64,000 nt of DNA, taken from NCBI GenBank assembly GCA_963845065.1, contig CAWJQQ010000009.1:416001-480000 (forward strand), read 5' to 3'. Below, one piece after another: positions 59,275 through 64,000 of the stretch. Source of the DNA: Nitrospirota bacterium (GTDB lineage: Bacteria; Nitrospirota; UBA9217). Each line of letters begins with the position of its first letter. Positions within the stretch are counted from its first letter, which is position 1. The notes under the pieces are model-generated. The model was given only the letters and a program-made list of their open reading frames with translations, did no database searches and was not told where the DNA came from. Position numbers and translations under genes: made by a program.

Positions 59275-59506
59275 GGTGCGATTCTCCTTTCAAGAAAATC
59301 TTTATCGTAAGCCTGACACTATAGCGGAGATGGAATGGTTTGTCAATAAGGAGCAGGCTTTAGAAGTGAGATGCAATTTGATAGGGGCACGACAACAGCC
59401 CGATGTTTCCTCCCTAATGCTGTTTTTTGACGGACGGATTTTTCCCTTGATTTCCTTCGGCTGATAGATTAGATTATAGCCGCTTCCACGCCATTTTCAG
59501 GACCGT

Positions 59507-59582
59507 GGGCGAGTAGCTCAGCTGGGAGAGCACCGCGTTCGCAATGCGGGGGTCGAGGGTTCGAGCCCCTTCTCGTCCACCA
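59507..59582 (+). tRNA. tRNA-Ala(CGC)
   Basis: 76-nt cloverleaf; anticodon loop TTCGCAA; G3:U70; GTTCGA T-loop; encoded CCA. Confidence 0.96.
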
Positions 59583-59716
59583 AAATTCCCTTCTTTACGC
59601 CATTTAATAAGCCACAAAACCTACTTCACGATAATCTTGTTTAACCTCAAACATTCATGTTTTGCCAGTTATCTCATCAATTCATAGTTCACGCTGAGGG
59701 AATAACGATATTAAAA

Positions 59717-61381
59717 CCTGAATCCTGCACTCTGATGGAGTAAATAAGATAAAACCATATAGGTTACGCTGATATAATGCGGTTATCTCGCGAACAACCC
59801 ATTATGTCAGGAGGTAACTCATATGGTTAAACTACAAAAGAAGCATAACGCGAAAAGTGGCTTGAATCAAGGCCAAAATGAAGGCCAAGAGGAACCAGCA
59901 AAAATCGGCCCTAATACGCACTACGAGTATTGCAGCGAACGGCTTTCCCCCTTCGGCGGACTGCTGGCGCTGGAGAAGTTCATGGATACCGTAAAGTTCC
60001 AGGAGGTCATGTGCGCTCTGTTCGGCGTGGAGAGACTCCCGCACGTGACGACTTACTGGCGATACGTTGCGTCCTTGGGCATCAATCAAGGGAAGTCCCT
60101 GCTCCTGGTGATGGCGGCGCTCCGAGACCGGGTCTGACAATTGTGCGGACTCGCCTACACCACTATCCACGTCAATTTGGACACGACCGTTGAGACCGTC
60201 TTCGGCGATCAGGAAGGCGGTCGTAAGGGCACAATACCAGAAACCGGGGCAAAAAAGGATTCCGGCCTGTCCTGGGTTCATAGAGGAGACCCGCGAATAT
60301 CTTACCGGGAAGCTTCGAAAGGGCGCAACCATATAAGGGGAAGAAGTCGCGGAGGTAATCAAGAGCATCAAGAAATATCTTCCTGCCTGCGTCAAGAACG
60401 TGTTTATTCGTGGAAAAGACGAGTTCATCAGTTGGGAAGCGGTAAAGGTCGCCGAAGACGAAGGGCACATATACATCTTCGGCAATAAAGGATGCAAGCC
60501 GCCCTTTGATTCCAAGACGTGGTACAAAGCGCACAAAAACGCCAGCGTAGAATACAATGAGTGCTGGTATACGCCGATGGGATGGCTGGGAGAAGGTCGT
60601 TTCGTCTCAATGCGTATTCCGGGAAAGAAATCAGGCAAGGGAGACACGCAGCTTGAACTATTGGAAGACGACGACTTTACTTATCGTGAATTCGTCACCA
60701 ATCATTCGGGCAAATCTCATCAAGCGATCAGTGAGTATGACAAGCGGGCAGACTGCGAGAACCAGATCGGCGAAGTAAAGCGAGAAGGACTGTCGGCAAT
60801 TCCCACGCGCTGGTTCATGAACAACTACGCATATTTTCAAATTGTTTTGTTGGCCTACAACGTTTGGCGATCGTTCAAGATGCTCGCGCAACACAGCGAG
60901 CGGCAGAAAAAAGCAGAGGAGAAAACATCGCCCACAGGTTTGAGCGGCATTGTGGACAATACTATCCGAATCGCCAGGCTCAAGTTACTCTTGATCGCAG
61001 CTAAGCTGGTTACTACGGGGAAGACAACGAAAGGGAGATATTCAGAGCATGATAGTCGGGTAGCAGGACTCTTCAGCTTCATGGAACACCTTGATCGAGT
61101 ACGCATGCGCGTTCGGCCATGGTTCGATAGCAGTCAGTGGCAATGCTGGCATATGGAGGTTTTAAGGCTGAGACCCGCGGAAAATTCTTCTTGATTCAAT
61201 GATGCAAGAAATTTCTTGCACAGCACAAGCTGAGAGACACGAAAGGAATCTTTCAGCTTGTTGTGAGTTGAGTTAACGCAGGTGATAATTCGAAGTGAAG
61301 TAGTGGCGGAGCGTGAGTGGTCGCTGGCAATCAGAATTCCGCTGACGAACAGGGAAAACTACGTTTTGCGCAGGATTCAGG
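59717..61381 (+). mobile_element. IS1380-family insertion sequence (defective)
   Basis: 12-bp terminal IRs CCTGAATCCTGC / GCAGGATTCAGG; 5-bp TAAAA duplication at 59712-59716 and 61382-61386. Confidence 0.88.
59823..61194 (+). pseudogene. IS1380-family DDE transposase, disrupted
   Basis: SPFGGL, NLDTTV..VFG.QEG, YDKRADCENQIGE.K, LAYN; stop at 60135-60137 plus further frameshift/stop. Confidence 0.85.
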
Positions 61382-61817
61382 TAAAAATATTGTTCTCATC
61401 TGCTACTTTTTATCCTGGAAAAATCTGTAAATCAATCGATAAATAATGCAACTTTTATATCTATAATTACTAGTGTCCGGTAAAACTCTGATCCAGTCAA
61501 ACATGCAACTGATTTTGCTTTTATAAAATAAACTATTTCAAAAAGTTGCCTCTCAAGTAAACATGCTATCCGAAAAAACATGAATTCATTCTCTATCCTA
61601 GAGGCATGTCGTAAGCTTAGGAGAAGTACTATATACGTTGTATAAAGGCCTCTGTGACGATATTTCAGGCACAAAAGTTATGCTGTCCGGAATGGGAAGG
61701 ATCAAAATTAAACATATGTAATCGTTTCTTTGAAATATTTCTCCGGACATTATAAATGATATTTTTACAACTGCGGAATGCTTTGGTAGCAGATAAGTTG
61801 CATAATATCATACCATC

Positions 61818-61845
61818 TTGACAATCGCAAATGCTGTGATAGGAT
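61818..61845 (+). promoter_or_regulatory. Putative sigma70 promoter
   Basis: TTGACA-N16-TAGGAT with extended TG. Confidence 0.45.
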
Positions 61846-61889
61846 TTAGCTAGATATGATAAAGACAAAAAAGAAAAGAGGCGATTTGT

Positions 61890-62201
61890 ATGAAAAAGAT
61901 TCTAATTCTTTTAGGCGTTATGGTGATTGTCCTTGCCGTGGGAACTGCCTATGCGGACAGCACGGATATGAGGGCTGGAGTGTATAATGGTATTACGGCA
62001 TTTGAAAAAGTTCCTCTGCCGTCACATGATGTCTCATTAGGTCTCGCGTTGGGGAACGGTATTACCGCATTTGACGTTCGCATAGAAGTACCCGCGGCCG
62101 AAGGTGAAGCCGCAGGCGGTTTACGTACAATGGAACCTAGCATGAAACTGGATAATGGTATTACCTATTTTAGTACAGGTGTACCAACGGAGTCGAAATA
62201 A
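61890..62201 (+). CDS. Small secreted protein with three NGIT(A/Y)F motifs
   Basis: GAGG RBS; Sec signal ending AYA; repeated motif. Confidence 0.75.
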   Translation: MKKILILLGVMVIVLAVGTAYADSTDMRAGVYNGITAFEKVPLPSHDVSLGLALGNGITAFDVRIEVPAAEGEAAGGLRTMEPSMKLDNGITYFSTGVPTESK

Positions 62202-62626
62202 TCGCGACTCTGGGGTAAATTAAGCGATAGATTTTAAAGTGCTCAAAAAAAAGTTAGATGCATCAATTGATATGTTAAGCAGGCCGAAGTTTAGCCTGCT
62301 TTTTACTTTTCCGCTACCGCGTGTAATTCCATCACTAATATTGCTTCGTATGAAATTTCGGTAAAACAAAAGAGGCATGCCTGCCATGAGTTTAAAGAAA
62401 AAGTAGTAGCTAGTGTAGAAACTGCCCGAAGTAATGCGCGGGGAGATAGAAGGAGCCGAACTGTCCATGCTTTCAGAAACATCCGTCTGAACCGTGGAAC
62501 CACCACTACCATCGCTCTAATGATTTAGTGGCGGGAGAGTTCATGTCCAAGGTTCTGTTCTGGTGATCACAAAAACTACGAAACCATGCCGGATCATCGA
62601 AGGTTTCTTTTCAATGAGAACTCGCG

Positions 62627-63277
62627 TCAGGGATTAATGAGAAAATCGACACTCTCAACCTTACCGCCGCTCACGAGGACCCGATTACCGTCAAACCTAA
62701 GCCTGCCTTCAGCGTAGATTTGGATGGCACGGGAATAGATATTGTGCTCCTGCAGTAGGATGCGCTGTGAAAGGCTGTCCTCTGTGTCGTTGTCCAGGAC
62801 CGGGACAACAGCCTGAATAATGATTGGGCCTGTATCCATGCCTTCGTCTACGAAATGGACAGTACAGCCGGAAAACTTAACGCCGTGTTCTAGCGCGGCC
62901 TTCTGCACGTGGAGCCCAGGGAAGGAGGGCAATAGAGCAGGATGGATGTTCAGAATACGATTCGGATAGGCTTTTATGAGCTTAGGCGTGATGATGCGCA
63001 TGAAGCCCGCAAGGCAAACCAGTTCCACGTCGTGATTTTGCAGTTCCCTTAAGAGGAGAGAATCAAATTCATCACGTCTGCTTTTATATCCTTTGGCACT
63101 GACATGAACTCCTGGTATGTTGAATTTGCGCGCCCGCGAGAGTGCATAGGCATCGGCTTGGTCGCTGATGACGACTGCGATCTCGGCAGAAAGCATACCT
63201 TTTTCAATGTTGTCGATGATAGCCTGGAGGTTGGAACCGCGACCGGAAACGAGGATGCCGATACGCACTTTCTTCAT
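62627..63277 (-). CDS. purN: Phosphoribosylglycinamide formyltransferase
   Basis: SGRGSNLQA, LAGFMRI, NIHPALLP, GCTVHFV. Confidence 0.97.
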   Translation of the reverse strand: MKKVRIGILVSGRGSNLQAIIDNIEKGMLSAEIAVVISDQADAYALSRARKFNIPGVHVSAKGYKSRRDEFDSLLLRELQNHDVELVCLAGFMRIITPKLIKAYPNRILNIHPALLPSFPGLHVQKAALEHGVKFSGCTVHFVDEGMDTGPIIIQAVVPVLDNDTEDSLSQRILLQEHNIYSRAIQIYAEGRLRFDGNRVLVSGGKVESVDFLINP

Positions 63278-63380
63278 TGAAGAGCTCCTTACCAAAGGAA
63301 GGGTACAGCATCCGGGGCCCTGGGGCGGGAAGGGGAAAGATCAAAATTTGGAAATGACCGCGGCTACTGAAACCGTGCCT

Positions 63381-64000
63381 TTATTTTTCTTCGTACTTCA
63401 CAACCTGCTTCCCTTTTACGATCTCGCCGATCAGGTACGTCGTTTCACCGAGTTTCGTCGCTTTCTTCATGACGGCTACAACTTGTTTTTTTGGCACGGT
63501 AAGGATCATTCCGATTCCCATATTGAAATCGCGGAACATCTCATTATCGTCTACCTGTGATTTTTTTTGAATCAATTTGAAGATGGGCTGAATGTTCCAG
63601 GTCCCTTTTTTGATGAGCGCCTGTGCGCCCTTGGGAAGCATGCGAGGCGTGTTTTCGGTGATGCCTCCGCCAGTTATGTGTGCCATGCCACGAATGTCGA
63701 ACTCTTTTAATAGCGTGAGGATTGTTACAGCATAGATCTTCGTTGGTTTTAGCAGGACTTCACCGAGCGTGGCATGACCCAGTTCGGACAGGGTATCCTG
63801 TACACCGTAGCCGGCTTTTTCAAGCAAGGCCTTGCGTACGAGAGAATAGCCGTTGCTGTGGAGGCCCGATGAGGCAAGTCCGATAAGCTGATCACCGGGT
63901 TTAATCTTCGAACCGTTGATAATCTTTTTTTCTCAACCACGCCTACTGCAAAGCCGGCGAGGTCATATTCGTTTTCGCTGTAAAACGACGGCATCTCCGC
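63381..64000 (-). CDS. purM: AIR synthase, partial; frameshift at the A7 run 63925-63931
   Basis: EMPSFY...YDLAGFAVG, then another frame gives [30 protein letters not shown]. Confidence 0.93.

Noticed and set aside
59507..64000. Integrative island at tRNA-Ala
   Set aside because: No adjacent integrase and no duplicated tRNA 3' end found by eye.

Overview
Chromosomal window (~50% GC) from an anaerobic, Gram-negative-type bacterium. The gene content suggests a Nitrospirota/Desulfobacterota-like organism; this is an inference. From left to right it holds: (1) an Hmc/Cbc-like quinol:cytochrome c module with a 13-heme cytochrome missed by the ORF track, NrfD, a Tat Fe-S protein and a class III cytochrome, preceded by four small membrane paralogs sharing a WRPxxAY motif; (2) an M56 peptidase, a fossil V-ATPase A fragment, a 7x138-bp repeat beta-propeller lipoprotein, and a Cys-rich lipoprotein plus TraF-like barrel behind two sigma28-like promoters; (3) OsmC, cardiolipin synthase and rubrerythrin; (4) a group 3b [NiFe] hydrogenase next to a selenocysteine formate dehydrogenase with NuoE/NuoF partners; (5) an integrase + IS91-type transposase element; (6) housekeeping genes (pyk, rsmI, nadE, larC, larB, gpsA, lsrF, P-type ATPase, GspE/F, ispB, trpS), tRNA-Ala(CGC), a decayed IS1380, purN and a frameshifted purM. 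An internally deleted tnpB and three more IS200/IS605 right-end-like motifs lie in intergenic gaps. No CRISPR array or rRNA is seen. All family calls come from motif recognition, not database searches.
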